Assembly: GCA_018829985.1 (NCBI GenBank)
Contig: JAHJSU010000052.1
Location: 1-56,142, forward strand
Length of the DNA: 56,142 nucleotides
DNA from: Elusimicrobiota bacterium
Lineage (GTDB): Bacteria > Elusimicrobiota > Elusimicrobia > Elusimicrobiales > UBA9959
Direction: 5' to 3'
Shown: one piece after another, positions 30,150-39,667 of the stretch
Layout of the letters: every line of letters begins with the position of its first letter
How positions within the stretch are numbered: position 1 is the first letter of the stretch
The notes under the pieces: model-generated
What the model saw: the letters and a program-made list of their open reading frames with translations, nothing else
Told to the model about the DNA's origin: nothing
Database searches by the model: none
Translations under genes and position numbers: made by a program

Positions 30150-30203
30150 AAGCAAGAAAGCGAGAAAGCCGGATCTTACTCTCTTACTCTCTTGCTGTCC
30201 GGC
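30150..30203. repeat. short GCAAGARAG / CTTACTCT-word hairpin between convergent stops
   Basis: agcaagaaagcgagaaag .. cttactctcttactctcttgct. An alternative agccgga..tccggct stem overlaps it. Confidence 0.7.
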
Positions 30204-31912
30204 TATTCGCTGTAATCCCTTAACATCTTGCTGCGCGAGGGGTGCCTGAGCTTCCTTATGGCCTTTGCCTCTATCTGGCGCACGCGCTCTCTGGTCACCC
30301 GGAAGATCTTTCCAACTTCCTCAAGGGTCCTGGGATAGCCGGATTCTATGCCGAAGCGCAGTTTTATTATCTTGGCTTCCCTGTCGGTAAGGGTGTCCAG
30401 TATCTTTGTGACCTCGCGCCTTCTTAAAAGCTCCACGGCCGAGTGGGACGGCGGCAGGCCGCCCTTATCCTCGATAAAGTCCTCAAGGTGCGAATCCTCG
30501 TCCTCGCCTATGGGGGTGGACAGGGAGATCGGGTCCTGCATTATTTTAAGCGCGTTCTTCACCTTGTCCATGGAAATATGCATATGTTTTGAGTATTCTT
30601 CGATAGCGGGATCCCTGCCGAATTCCTGGCGGTATCTTCTGGTGACCTTCATCAGCTTGGAGACCAGTTCTTTCATGTGGACGGGGATCCTTATGGTGCG
30701 GGCCTGGTCGGCTATGGCGCGGTTGATGGACTGTCGTATCCACCAGGTGGCGTAAGTCGAAAATTTAAATCCTCTTTTATACTCGAACTTTTCCACCGCT
30801 TTCATCAGGCCGAGCCCCCCTTCCTGTATCAGGTCTGAGAGCTCCAGATTTGAGTTCACGTGCTTTTTGGCGATAGAGACGACCAGCCTCAGGTTCGCTT
30901 TGATGAGCTTAAGCTTGTCCTGGAGTATCTGGTCTTCCAGGAACGTTATCTTGTCGTTCAGGGACATGAAATCGTCCGGGCTTATGGGCAGCGTCCTTAT
31001 CAGATGCTTCTCCCGCTCTTTTATGGCCTGGATGTTCTCAAGCGCGGCCGCCACTTCGGTGGGATTGTAGCCCCATTTGGACTTGAAGGCGCCGGGCGCA
31101 AGGCGGTTTTTCTGCACCAGGTCGTAATCGTTCCTGAGCTTGTTGAGGTCGCCGTATTGTTTCTGGTATTTTTCCAGCTCGGTCCGGTATTCCTTTATCT
31201 TATGCGCCAGGTTCTTTATCTTGTTGGTGAGGCGTTTAATCTTTTCGGTGTTGAGGTTCAGGTTGATGATGGTGCGCACGATGTTCTTCTTCTTGGAGTC
31301 TATGATCGCGGCGAGTCTCTTTTTTTCCTCGTTGGGCATCTTGGGACGGCGCAGGCGCTCGGCGAGCTTTTCTATCTCTTTTTCCGTTTTGTTTATGAGT
31401 TTGGCCACGTTTTTCATCTTGCGCTTCATGGCGGAGAGCTCCTGCACCGACTTCCTGCCGCGGGGCATCAGCTCCTTGGTGGTCATTTCTTCCTGCTCTA
31501 TCAGGGTCTCCCAGTTGCGGATCTCGCGCATCGTGATGGGGGATTCCAGCACCAGCATGCGGAGCTCCTTCTCCCTTTCCCGGGAGTTGCGGGCAAGGGT
31601 TATTTCCTCGTCCCGGGTCAAAAGCGGGACCTTGCCCATTTCCGAGAGATACATCCGTATGGAATTTGAAACATCCGGCGCGGAATCCCATTCTTCGGTA
31701 TAAGCCTCGCGTTCCGCGGCGGCCACCATCTTGAATTTCTTCCTGTCCACCACGTCTATGCCCAGGTCCTCAAGGGTGCCCATCAGGCTGTCTATTTCCT
31801 CGCTGGACATGGAAGCGTTGGTGAGCGAACGGTTTATTTCCTCTAAAGTTATGTAGCCGTGCTCCTTGCCGAGTTCCACAAGGTCTTTTAAAGCTTTTCT
31901 TGCCTGCTCCAT
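30203..31912 (-). CDS. rpoD: RNA polymerase sigma factor RpoD
   Basis: Region 2 [19 protein letters not shown] and region 4.2 [29 protein letters not shown]. Confidence 0.95.
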   Translation of the reverse strand: MEQARKALKDLVELGKEHGYITLEEINRSLTNASMSSEEIDSLMGTLEDLGIDVVDRKKFKMVAAAEREAYTEEWDSAPDVSNSIRMYLSEMGKVPLLTRDEEITLARNSREREKELRMLVLESPITMREIRNWETLIEQEEMTTKELMPRGRKSVQELSAMKRKMKNVAKLINKTEKEIEKLAERLRRPKMPNEEKKRLAAIIDSKKKNIVRTIINLNLNTEKIKRLTNKIKNLAHKIKEYRTELEKYQKQYGDLNKLRNDYDLVQKNRLAPGAFKSKWGYNPTEVAAALENIQAIKEREKHLIRTLPISPDDFMSLNDKITFLEDQILQDKLKLIKANLRLVVSIAKKHVNSNLELSDLIQEGGLGLMKAVEKFEYKRGFKFSTYATWWIRQSINRAIADQARTIRIPVHMKELVSKLMKVTRRYRQEFGRDPAIEEYSKHMHISMDKVKNALKIMQDPISLSTPIGEDEDSHLEDFIEDKGGLPPSHSAVELLRRREVTKILDTLTDREAKIIKLRFGIESGYPRTLEEVGKIFRVTRERVRQIEAKAIRKLRHPSRSKMLRDYSE

Positions 31913-31935
31913 GGTCGGGTTCTCCTTGGTAAACG

Positions 31936-32020
31936 ACAGTTGATAAGTTGATAGAGTTGACTGAGTAGGAACCGCGGTCGGAAGTTAACTTCTCTTACTT
32001 TATCAACTTGTCAACTTGAT
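31936..32020. repeat. AGTTGATA-word hairpin between dnaG stop and rpoD start
   Basis: cagttgataagttgatagagttgactgagtagg .. cttctcttactttatcaacttgtcaacttg. Confidence 0.75.
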
Positions 32021-32032
32021 TTTGCCGCACCG

Positions 32033-33799
32033 CTATAAATTCGGTTCCGACTTTGCCGCGGATTTCAGGACCCCTGTGAGGCGTCTGAATTCCTCTATCT
32101 CCGCCGGTTCAAGCGCGGACAGCCTGCTCTTGAGCGATTTCCATTTCCGTTCAAGGGAAAGCTTCCTGATCATGGCCGCCGCTTTGGCCGCGTTCTGCTC
32201 GGGGTTCATGTCGCTGATTTCCTCTACGGAGAGCTTCATAATAAGCCCGGCCGATTCCGGGAATAACTCCAGAAGCCCCGGGATCGCCTTCGCCGGCTCC
32301 CCGCCGGCCATGTCCTTTACGGCCGAAAATATCTTTTTTGAGAAAGGGCTCTGGAAATCTTCCTCCGTCAATTCTCCGACGCAGGCTGTCAGGCCCGGGT
32401 CCTTCAGAATGAGGTGTATGAACCCCAGTTCTATGGCGGGAACGTCCGGGAGCGCGGAGGCCGCCGGCGGCTCGCTGCCCGCGGCCCGGGACTCGTTCCT
32501 GGCGGCGCCGGATTTCTTGTTCAGCTGGCGCAGGACGGATTCCTGGGTGACGTCAAAGCGCGCCGACAGGGTCTTTATCCATTCGCTTTTGAGTATCTCG
32601 TCCGTCTGCCTGGCCACCGTGTCCAGAAGCAGCTCTATAAGTCTGGCCTTGTCCTGCGAGGACATGGGGCCGGGGCGCTTTTTTAAGAGCGCGGAGATCC
32701 TGAACTCGAGCGGGTCCGCCGCCGCAAGCAGTTTTTTTTCAAAAGCCTCAACGCCGTGCTCGTTCAGGTATTCGTCGGGGTCGAGCTCCTCGCCCAAATC
32801 GGCCACTTTGACGTACATGCCGGCTTCCATGAAAATGTCGGAGGCCCTTATCGAGGCGTTGATGCCGGCTTCGTCGGCGTCAAACATCAGAATGGTGTCT
32901 TTGGAGTAACGTTTTATGAAGGCGGCGTGATCGGTAGAAAGCGCCGTGCCAAGCCCCGCCACCGCGAAAGTTATCCCGTGCTGGTGCGCGGAGATGACGT
33001 CCATGTAGCCTTCAAGTATCAGCAGCCGCCCGGTCTTCCTTATCTGGGGCAGGGCTTCGTATATGCCGTAGAGCGTGCGTCTTTTCGCGAATAAAGGGGT
33101 CTCAGGGGAATTGAGATATTTGGGCTGCTGGCTGTCGTCAAGGGCCCTGCCGCCGAACGCCGTAATCTCGCCGGCCGCGTTCTTTATCGGGAACATCACG
33201 CGGTTTCTGAAATAATCGGTTACCTGTCCGGAATCCCTGAGGGCCGCCAGCCCCGCCTTGACCGCGAGCTCTGTTGAGAAACCTTTCCGTTCCAGTTCCT
33301 GGAGCAAAGCCGGTTCGCCGGGGGGGGCGAAGCCCATGGCGAACCTCTCCACCGTGGCCTTGCTTATTTTCCTGGCGCCCAGATAAAGCCTGGCTTTTTC
33401 CCCGTTCGACGAAAAGAGGAGCTTTTTGTAAAACTCCTCCGCCGCGGCAAGAACTTTTTTTATGGCCAGGCGTTCCTTTTCCTTTTCGCTGAGCTGATGG
33501 TATTCGGCCTCCTGCCATTCGAGGCCGGCTTTCAGGGAAAGCTTCTTGAGCGTCTCCACGAAAGTAAGGCCTTCCATCTTCATCACGAACGTGAACATAT
33601 CGCCGCCCTCATTGCAGCCGAAGCAATAGAATATCTGCTTGTCCGGGCTGACGGTGAAAGAGGGGGTCTTTTCATTATGGAAAGGACAGCAGGCCTTGTG
33701 ATTACGGCCGGCCTGCCGCAAGTCGGGGATATAATCCTTTACCACGTCCACAATGTTCAGTTTTTCTCTTATGGAGTCGGTGATGCCGCGAGAACTCAT
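32033..33799 (-). CDS. dnaG: DNA primase
   Basis: Zinc finger CCPFHNEKTPSFTVSP..CFGC, and TOPRIM LILEGYMDV. Confidence 0.93.
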   Translation of the reverse strand: MSSRGITDSIREKLNIVDVVKDYIPDLRQAGRNHKACCPFHNEKTPSFTVSPDKQIFYCFGCNEGGDMFTFVMKMEGLTFVETLKKLSLKAGLEWQEAEYHQLSEKEKERLAIKKVLAAAEEFYKKLLFSSNGEKARLYLGARKISKATVERFAMGFAPPGEPALLQELERKGFSTELAVKAGLAALRDSGQVTDYFRNRVMFPIKNAAGEITAFGGRALDDSQQPKYLNSPETPLFAKRRTLYGIYEALPQIRKTGRLLILEGYMDVISAHQHGITFAVAGLGTALSTDHAAFIKRYSKDTILMFDADEAGINASIRASDIFMEAGMYVKVADLGEELDPDEYLNEHGVEAFEKKLLAAADPLEFRISALLKKRPGPMSSQDKARLIELLLDTVARQTDEILKSEWIKTLSARFDVTQESVLRQLNKKSGAARNESRAAGSEPPAASALPDVPAIELGFIHLILKDPGLTACVGELTEEDFQSPFSKKIFSAVKDMAGGEPAKAIPGLLELFPESAGLIMKLSVEEISDMNPEQNAAKAAAMIRKLSLERKWKSLKSRLSALEPAEIEEFRRLTGVLKSAAKSEPNL

Positions 33800-33879
33800 T
33801 ACTTGTCCCCTGCTTTGCCGGATTGTGCCGCGCGCTCCCGCCCGGATCGAACGCGATTACATATAAAGTCCATATTACA

Positions 33880-34125
33880 CGAATTACAGGGCTATGCCGG
33901 CGCCGTATCATATCAGAGGCAGGTAGAGGTGAAGGTTCAGGTAGAGAAGGTCGGCGTAACCGCTTCCCCCGTGCTTTACCTGTGCCTATGCCTTTACCTG
34001 CTTTATAGCCTATGGCCATCAAACGGCCATCAGACGGCCCGCGCCGGCAAAATCGGCGTAATCCTTCAAGGCTATGCCAGTGCCGCATCAAGAGCTATGC
34101 TCTTCAAGCGGCCAAAAATAGCTGT
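33880..34125. repeat. mosaic element: GGCTATGCC..ATCA direct flanks, AGGTAGAG-word hairpin (33918-34001), CCTATGGCCATCAAACGGCCATCAGACGGCC block
   Basis: Read directly in the rpsU-dnaG spacer. The flank at 34067-34087 is identical to arsC nt 1704-1724. Confidence 0.8.
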
Positions 34126-34146
34126 AATCTGGGGGAAACCTGGGCG

Positions 34147-34338
34147 TTAAAAGTGCCTTCTGTTTTTACGAAGCTTGCGCCGCATTTCCTCGGATTTAAG
34201 TTTTCTCTTGAGGCTGGGGGCAAGGTAGTACTCCCGGCGTTTAATTTCTTTTAAAATACCGTTTTTCTCGCATTCATGCTTAAAGCGCCGGAGAGCTTCC
34301 TCAATAGACTCTTCGTCTCTCAGTTTGATGAAAACCAC
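34147..34338 (-). CDS. rpsU: 30S ribosomal protein S21
   Basis: GTG start with GGTGGTGA SD. EEALRRFKHECEKNGILKEIKRREYY. Confidence 0.9.
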   Translation of the reverse strand: MVFIKLRDEESIEEALRRFKHECEKNGILKEIKRREYYLAPSLKRKLKSEEMRRKLRKNRRHF

Positions 34339-34357
34339 AGTATCACCACCTTTAAGT

Positions 34358-34438
34358 TAGGGTATAGGGTAGAGGGGAGAGGGTAGAGTTATAAGGAACT
34401 CCTTAACCCTATACCCTAACCCCTCTACCCTATACCCT
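34358..34438. repeat. GGGTAGAGG/GGGTATAGG-word hairpin, near-perfect ~38-bp stem, loop GTTATAAGGAACTCCTTAAC
   Basis: Lies between the HIT stop (34446) and the rpsU start (34338). Confidence 0.9.
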
Positions 34439-34445
34439 GCTGTTA

Positions 34446-34787
34446 TCAGCCCGGAGGCCAGTTCATCTTGCGGCCGCCCAGCAGATGATAATGCAGATGG
34501 TCAACCGATTGCCCGGCTTTCCTGCCGTTGTTGGTTACCAGCCTGAAACCTTCCGCGATACCCGCCTTGTCGGCTATTTCCTTGGCCGCGTACTGTATTT
34601 TGCCGAGGAGCGGCGCGTCTTCCTGGGAACAGTCTGAAAGCCTGGTTATATGCTTCTTCGTGATTATGAGGATATGCGTGGGGGCCTGGGGATTTAGATC
34701 CTGAAAGGCCGCCAGCTCATCCGTTTCATACACAAATTTGGCGTTTATCTCGCGCCCGGCGATTTTGCAGAAGATGCAATCTGGCAT
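34446..34787 (-). CDS. HIT-family (histidine triad) protein
   Basis: CIFCKI N-terminus and the HLHYHLLGG triad. Confidence 0.9.
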   Translation of the reverse strand: MPDCIFCKIAGREINAKFVYETDELAAFQDLNPQAPTHILIITKKHITRLSDCSQEDAPLLGKIQYAAKEIADKAGIAEGFRLVTNNGRKAGQSVDHLHYHLLGGRKMNWPPG

Positions 34788-34833
34788 TATTTAATATAGT
34801 TTATTACTTTTTGGGGAATTAATCAACAGGCTA

Positions 34834-35023
34834 CCCGAAAAAATTCGCCCGCCAGTACGGCGGGCGCCCGCTGAAATAGCGGGCGAATTTTTCGGAGGCA
34901 ACTAGGCAACTTGGGAATTAGGCGAATAGTTTTTCCCAATCGCCCAGTCGCCTAATAGCCTGATCGCCTCCCGAAAATTGCCTGGATAGCCGCTTGGGGG
35001 GGTGATTCTACTGCAATTTTCGG
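34834..35023. repeat. three-module composite: CCGAAAAAATTCGCC..GGCGAATTTTTCGG stem-loop, AGGCAACT/AGGCGAAT-word hairpin, CCGAAAATTGC..GCAATTTTCGG stem-loop
   Basis: Modules at approx 34834-34895, 34896-34969 and 34970-35023. Confidence 0.8.
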
Positions 35024-35031
35024 TTTAGGGG

Positions 35032-35619
35032 TCAGAATTCAGACAGAGGTAAAACAGGCTCTTTGAACTTGCGGGGGTTGTATTCGTAAGGAAGGACCGA
35101 TTTTTGGCTTTTCTGTATCCTGACAGCCGCCACCCCGGCCTTCCTGGCCTGGATGATGCCGCCGTCCGAACTGGCGAAATACAGGACAAAACGCTTCTTT
35201 TCAAGCAACTGGTATTTCTGGTCCTCATCCGGCGTGAAATAAAAATTGCCGGCCAGGGGCTTCCAGCTCCGGACCAAAGCGTCCGAGCCCGCGGGGGCCC
35301 TCTGGCAGAATATGTTTACCCTGAATCCGAGAGCCTTGAAAAACCAGGCGGAGAGCCATACCACCGGTTTTGTGCGCTCAAGGTTACAGGCCCGGTTGAC
35401 CAAACTCCAATAGTCCTTTGAAAAGGGCTCGGCTGGTTCCTTTTGGGCGCTTTGGAACGCCGGAGTTGAAAATGCCAAACCATCGTCATATTCAAAGCCG
35501 ACCTCAAGGCCCAACAAGGTGAAGACGCTGAAAAATACCGCCCAGGTGGCGGCCAGAAAAGAAAGTATCTTCAGCCGGACGAACCATTTCTTGAGAAAAG
35601 CGTCAATAGACTGAAGCAT
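35032..35619 (-). CDS. class-B acid phosphatase (AphA)-like HAD protein with altered catalytic motifs
   Basis: N-terminal TM/signal. GFEYDDGLAFSTPAF aligns to AphA GFDIDDTVLFSSPGF, and YFASSDGGIIQARKAGVAAVRI aligns to [21 protein letters not shown] (alignment from memory). Confidence 0.6.
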   Translation of the reverse strand: MLQSIDAFLKKWFVRLKILSFLAATWAVFFSVFTLLGLEVGFEYDDGLAFSTPAFQSAQKEPAEPFSKDYWSLVNRACNLERTKPVVWLSAWFFKALGFRVNIFCQRAPAGSDALVRSWKPLAGNFYFTPDEDQKYQLLEKKRFVLYFASSDGGIIQARKAGVAAVRIQKSQKSVLPYEYNPRKFKEPVLPLSEF

Positions 35620-35625
35620 ACCTTG

Positions 35626-37101
35626 TTATTGTTCCCTGATTATGCGGGCGCCGCCGGGCTTGGGCACGGTCTTCTGTCTTGAAAAACACCAGCCGAGCAC
35701 TTCCCTTAAAGATCTGCGGGAGTTGGCGAATTCCGTGGCGCTTGAAAGCAGCGTGTATTCTTTGTCGTTAACCATGGAATCCGGCACGGCCAGCCGATAG
35801 ATGCGGTTCGGGAATAAAGGCCTTCCGTTTATAAGAAGACGGTCCACGGTCCGGCCTCTCATATGCGCCTCGATCCCGGAGACGCTGATGTCTTTTGAAA
35901 TCGTTTCCTCCACCGCGCGTTTTAAGTCTTCGCCGCGGATCTTGACGAAGACCACGCTGGTGTCGTGGGGGAGCACGCGGTACAGGTCGCCCAAGGTCAC
36001 GGCTCCTTTGGCTATGTCGCCTGCCAGGATGGCGTTGTTTATAATGGCGCCGTTCGACCGGGCCCAGCGCTTTATGCAGTCGGCCGTGAAGTTGCCAAGC
36101 GGGGAATCAAGGCCTTTTTCGGATCTTTTTATGTCGCCCAGGGCGGTCCCTATGCGCTTCAAAAAATGTTTTGAGACAAATCCCCTGTGCCGCATGACCG
36201 TCTCAAGCGTCGCCGGGTCCTGGCCGTATTTTTCCTTGTCAAGGAGCATGAGTTTATGGTTCGCCTTGAGTAGGCGCCCGCTGCGCGGGTCCACCGATAA
36301 CTCTATCCTGGCGGCCGAGCTCATTTTTGACGGAGCGGGGATGATCCACGAGTTGTTTATCCGCAAAGGCTTTTTAACGGCCGGATCGTCGGTGATAATC
36401 AGGTCTATGGGCGGCAGCCTGCTGAAAAAAGCCGCGTAATACCCCTTGCCGGTCTTTTTTTTGGCGTTTATGTCCAGCAGCAGGACCATGATATCCGCCC
36501 CCGCGTCTTTGAGGGCCTTGATCGACCGCTCTATTTCGTAACTTTCCTTTTCAAACTTGTAATTCGTCAGGTATTTCGGCGTGTTGGGACGATCCGGGTC
36601 CATTACGGTGACGGCGAAAAAACCTATTTTTGTTTTTCCCGAAACCAGTATCTGCCGGCTTTTTATGAACCCCGGCTTTTTGTTGGTTTTAAGGTAAAGA
36701 TTGGAGGCGATCACCGGGAAAGTGGCGATCCTTACGAGTTTTTCGAGGTCTTTCGGCGCCAGCGCCAGGTCCTCGGGTCCCAGGCTCGATACGGCGTATG
36801 GGATGGCGTTCATGCAGTCCAGCGCGGCCCGGCCTTTGGTAAGATAACCTTCCGGCGTCTCATTGAACCAGTTGCCCAGATCCACCGCCAGTTTCGGTTT
36901 TTTTTCAAGGTCGTAGATTTTCTTAAAGACGGCGTAGCCGCCCATTTCGCCTTTTTTAGAATCCGGGTCCGGGCGGGCCCATAGCCAGCCTCCGGACCGG
37001 GCGGTGGCATAGATGATCACTTTGTCGGTTTTTGCGCAGGCTGTAAGGGACAGCAGCAGTCCCATTATTGTTATCCGGGCCGGAAACTTTATGAGGTGCA
37101 T
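35626..37101 (-). CDS. 5'-nucleotidase/metallophosphoesterase-like lipoprotein, metal-ligand motifs not recognisable
   Basis: Lipobox LLLSLTAC. The C-terminal half is 5'-nucleotidase_C-like. In the N-terminal half the expected DxH, GD and GNHE motifs appear as ATARSGG, DLGN and LGPE. Confidence 0.65.
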   Translation of the reverse strand: MHLIKFPARITIMGLLLSLTACAKTDKVIIYATARSGGWLWARPDPDSKKGEMGGYAVFKKIYDLEKKPKLAVDLGNWFNETPEGYLTKGRAALDCMNAIPYAVSSLGPEDLALAPKDLEKLVRIATFPVIASNLYLKTNKKPGFIKSRQILVSGKTKIGFFAVTVMDPDRPNTPKYLTNYKFEKESYEIERSIKALKDAGADIMVLLLDINAKKKTGKGYYAAFFSRLPPIDLIITDDPAVKKPLRINNSWIIPAPSKMSSAARIELSVDPRSGRLLKANHKLMLLDKEKYGQDPATLETVMRHRGFVSKHFLKRIGTALGDIKRSEKGLDSPLGNFTADCIKRWARSNGAIINNAILAGDIAKGAVTLGDLYRVLPHDTSVVFVKIRGEDLKRAVEETISKDISVSGIEAHMRGRTVDRLLINGRPLFPNRIYRLAVPDSMVNDKEYTLLSSATEFANSRRSLREVLGWCFSRQKTVPKPGGARIIREQ

Positions 37102-37112
37102 AAGCAGTGGAT

Positions 37113-37196
37113 AGTCTAGAGTCTAAAGTCGAAAGTGTAGAGTGTGAAGCAGATTCCCTTTTAATCTTTAGACTCTCCACTTTAGACTTCTCTCAC
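37113..37196. repeat. GTCTAAAG/GTCGAAAG-word hairpin (copy 1)
   Basis: agtctagagtctaaagtcgaaagtgtagagtgtgaag .. ctttagactctccactttagacttctctcac. Lies 12 nt upstream of the start at 37101. Confidence 0.85.
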
Positions 37197-37362
37197 GATA
37201 CTGTTATTCCAGCTTTATAAATCCGCCCCCGGCCGGCATTTTGACCGGTGAGTTCTCCTTAAAGTCTTTTATCAGCAGGTCCCTGATGGGCGGCAGGGTG
37301 TCCTGCAAATCTTTTTTTATTTTTCGGGTCCTTTGCTCTGATGCCTTGAAAAAACCGTAAGA

Positions 37363-37911
37363 TCAGCTGCGTATGTCTGCCAGTTCGTCGAAATATTTTT
37401 CCAGGCAGTCGAAACATTTATCGAGGCTGTTACATATACTACCAAATTTGAGATTTCCGATGAAGTTGGCGTCGTCCAGCGCGGCCTGCCTTTTTGCGAG
37501 CTGGAGGTTCTTCCTGGCGTGGGCCGCGATCAGTTTTATCTCGGGAGACGCCGGCTGTTTCCTCAGCGAGATAAGATCTTTATAGATCAGTCCAAGCGCT
37601 TCGCGCAAAAGAAAAAAAGAATACCTTATGTATTCATCGTTTTGCGCGGAGCGGCTGCGCATGTCAAAATGTATTTTTTCCAGGTAAGCGGCGAGATTCT
37701 CTATTTGCTGTATGGCCCGTGAATAGGCGGGATTGGCGTACGTGAAATGGTCTTTCGCCACGGCGAGGTGTTTCTGGAGGTCGTAATGCGTATGCTTCTT
37801 TTTGTGTTTGGCGGGGTGCAGGGAATGTTCTATATCGGAGAGTATGGCGCGTGTCAGTTTTGCCGCGCAATATAGCGGCTTATTCTTAAGTTTCAGCAGG
37901 TATAGGCGCAT
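37363..37911 (-). CDS. hypothetical helical protein
   Basis: 182-aa ORF in the same orientation as its neighbours. No recognisable motif. Confidence 0.5.
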   Translation of the reverse strand: MRLYLLKLKNKPLYCAAKLTRAILSDIEHSLHPAKHKKKHTHYDLQKHLAVAKDHFTYANPAYSRAIQQIENLAAYLEKIHFDMRSRSAQNDEYIRYSFFLLREALGLIYKDLISLRKQPASPEIKLIAAHARKNLQLAKRQAALDDANFIGNLKFGSICNSLDKCFDCLEKYFDELADIRS

Positions 37912-37920
37912 AGTTATTTA

Positions 37921-38027
37921 GAAGTCAGGGGTCAGAGGTCAGAAGTCAGAGGTCAGAAGTCGGAAATAAAATACCTTAAAATCTGACTTCTTGCTTCTGA
38001 CCTCTTACTTCCGGCTTCTTACTTCTG
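37921..38027. repeat. GGTCAGAG/GTCAGAAG-word hairpin
   Basis: gaagtcaggggtcagaggtcagaagtcagaggtcagaagtcgg .. ctgacttcttgcttctgacctcttacttccggcttcttacttctg. Confidence 0.85.
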
Positions 38028-38076
38028 AAAATGCCGCAGGCAGTATCGGCAAAACAGTTTATAGAATGATGCAGAA

Positions 38077-38133
38077 AACGCGGGAAGGTTTTCCGCCTGA
38101 GGCGGATCCGCCGGATTTTGGCGGAAATCTTCC
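38077..38133 (-). terminator. branched GC-rich structure downstream of rpsI: outer AAAACGCGGGAAG/CTTCCCGCGTTTT stem enclosing two TCCGCC..GGCGGA mini-hairpins
   Basis: On the minus strand the outer stem is followed by TTTTC. Located about 70 nt after the rpsI stop. Confidence 0.45.
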
Positions 38134-38200
38134 CGCGTTTTGAGCGCTCCAAAGACGGTAATCCTTCGACTTCGCTCAGGATGGTGAGCCTGTCGAACCA

Positions 38201-38596
38201 TTATCTCTTGGAGAACTGGAATCTCTTTCTGGCTTTCGGCTGGCCGGATTTCTTTCTTTCCACCATTCTGGAGTCCCTGGTGAGGAAGCCCGCTTTTTTC
38301 ATGGAAGCGTGGAAGCTGTCTCCGAGGCTGGCTATCGCGCGGGCAATGCCGTGGCGTATGGCGCCGGCCTGGCTTGAGACTCCGCCGCCGTTAACTTTGA
38401 CGACGCAGTCGAATTTCTGGTCTTTAGTGAGGTCAAAGGGGGAGACCATGACGTAATTCAGGCGGGGGGTATTGCCGAAATACGCTTCCGGGGTCTTGTT
38501 GTTGATAGTTATTTTGCCTGTTCCGCCCTGCACCAGTCTTACCTGGGCTACGGAGGTCTTCCTTCTGCCTGTCGCCATTATGATGTTGTTGTCCAT
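38201..38596 (-). CDS. rpsI: 30S ribosomal protein S9
   Basis: [47 protein letters not shown]. Confidence 0.93.
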   Translation of the reverse strand: MDNNIIMATGRRKTSVAQVRLVQGGTGKITINNKTPEAYFGNTPRLNYVMVSPFDLTKDQKFDCVVKVNGGGVSSQAGAIRHGIARAIASLGDSFHASMKKAGFLTRDSRMVERKKSGQPKARKRFQFSKR

Positions 38597-38611
38597 AAAA
38601 TTTCCTTTTAC

Positions 38612-39058
38612 TTATGCTTTTTTTTCCGTCTGGGGCTTTCCGTACTGCTGCTGTCCGCCGGTGAACAGTTTCAGTCTCTTAAGGCGGCCGTGTCTCAGTT
38701 TGTTGTGGTTAAGCATCCTTTTGACGGCCAGTTCCAGGACCCTTGTCGGGTCTTTTTCCATCTGCCGTTTATAGGGGATGGTTTTGGCGCCGCCGGCGTA
38801 GCCGGAGTGGCGGAAGTAGAATTTATCCTCCACCTTGTTGCCGGTGACCTTTATTTTGGCGACGTTCGTGACGACTACAAAATCTCCGCCGTCCATATTG
38901 GGGGTGTAGGTCCTTTTATGTTTGCCGATCAGCAGGATGGCTATTTTGGAGGCGAGTCTGCCGAGGATCTGGCCGGCGGCGTCGAAATAATGCCATTTTC
39001 TGGTGGTTTCCACTTCTTTAGCGGCGGGCAAAGTCGTTTTCTGTATCATGGTAGTCAT
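38612..39058 (-). CDS. rplM: 50S ribosomal protein L13
   Basis: RKWHYFDAAGQILGRLAS.IA.LL.GKHK..YTP, and its position upstream of rpsI. Confidence 0.93.
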   Translation of the reverse strand: MTTMIQKTTLPAAKEVETTRKWHYFDAAGQILGRLASKIAILLIGKHKRTYTPNMDGGDFVVVTNVAKIKVTGNKVEDKFYFRHSGYAGGAKTIPYKRQMEKDPTRVLELAVKRMLNHNKLRHGRLKRLKLFTGGQQQYGKPQTEKKA

Positions 39059-39067
39059 AGTAAACCA

Positions 39068-39097
39068 ATCATATCAAATTTCGCCCCCCAATGTAAA
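39068..39097 (-). promoter_or_regulatory. sigma-70-like promoter for rplM-rpsI (TTTACA-18-TATGAT) ending 9 nt before the ATG
   Basis: The minus strand reads gtgTTTACAttggggggcgaaatttgaTATGATtggtttactATG. No SD lies between the -10 and the ATG. Confidence 0.4.
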
Positions 39098-39492
39098 CAC
39101 GAAATCCGCCCTGCCGGTTTAACCGCGATAAGCTGACGCCAATCATGCAATTGGCCGGGGAGGCGACAGGGTTTTGCCGCTCGCGCTCCCGGCCGGCTTT
39201 ATGGGGAAGCGGCCAATCCGTTTCCGCCGGCGAAGAACTCGCCACGCACACAGTGCGTGGCTCAGACATTCTTCGCCGCCGCTTAATGATAGCGGTACGC
39301 TCCAACGGCTTGGCCGAAAGCCTGAAGGTCGCGCGCCGTCAAAACCCCGCCGCCCCCCGGCTGGCTTTTAGCCTGCCCTTTTTTAAATATCCCCGCCCCG
39401 TAGATACGTCCAACCCCGCCCCCAAGGTCGCAGCCAAGCTTATAACGCAAAAACATTCCTAAACTGACTCCTTAACTGCCTTTTTGGGCCGT

Positions 39493-39522
39493 TTGATGAC
39501 ACAATCCCTGACCGATTATAGT
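39493..39522 (+). promoter_or_regulatory. sigma-70-like promoter (TTGATG-18-TATAGT)
   Basis: Read directly, about 150 nt upstream of the glycosylase ATG. Confidence 0.4.
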
Positions 39523-39596
39523 ACAATGTGCTGGTAGAAGTGTTTATGCTTCGGCAGTATTTTGACAGGGTTCAGCGGGAAGGAAACAAGTTAAGG

Positions 39597-39624
39597 GTAA
39601 AAGGTGCCAGCAGGCACCTTTTAC
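39597..39624. terminator. perfect 12-bp hairpin GTAAAAGGTGCC-agca-GGCACCTTTTAC
   Basis: Symmetric A/T-flanked stem between the promoter-like site and the glycosylase start. It could terminate in either direction. Confidence 0.4.
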
Positions 39625-39667
39625 AAAATCTCCCTGGCCCCTCTTTCTAAAAGAGGGGATTTCAGAT

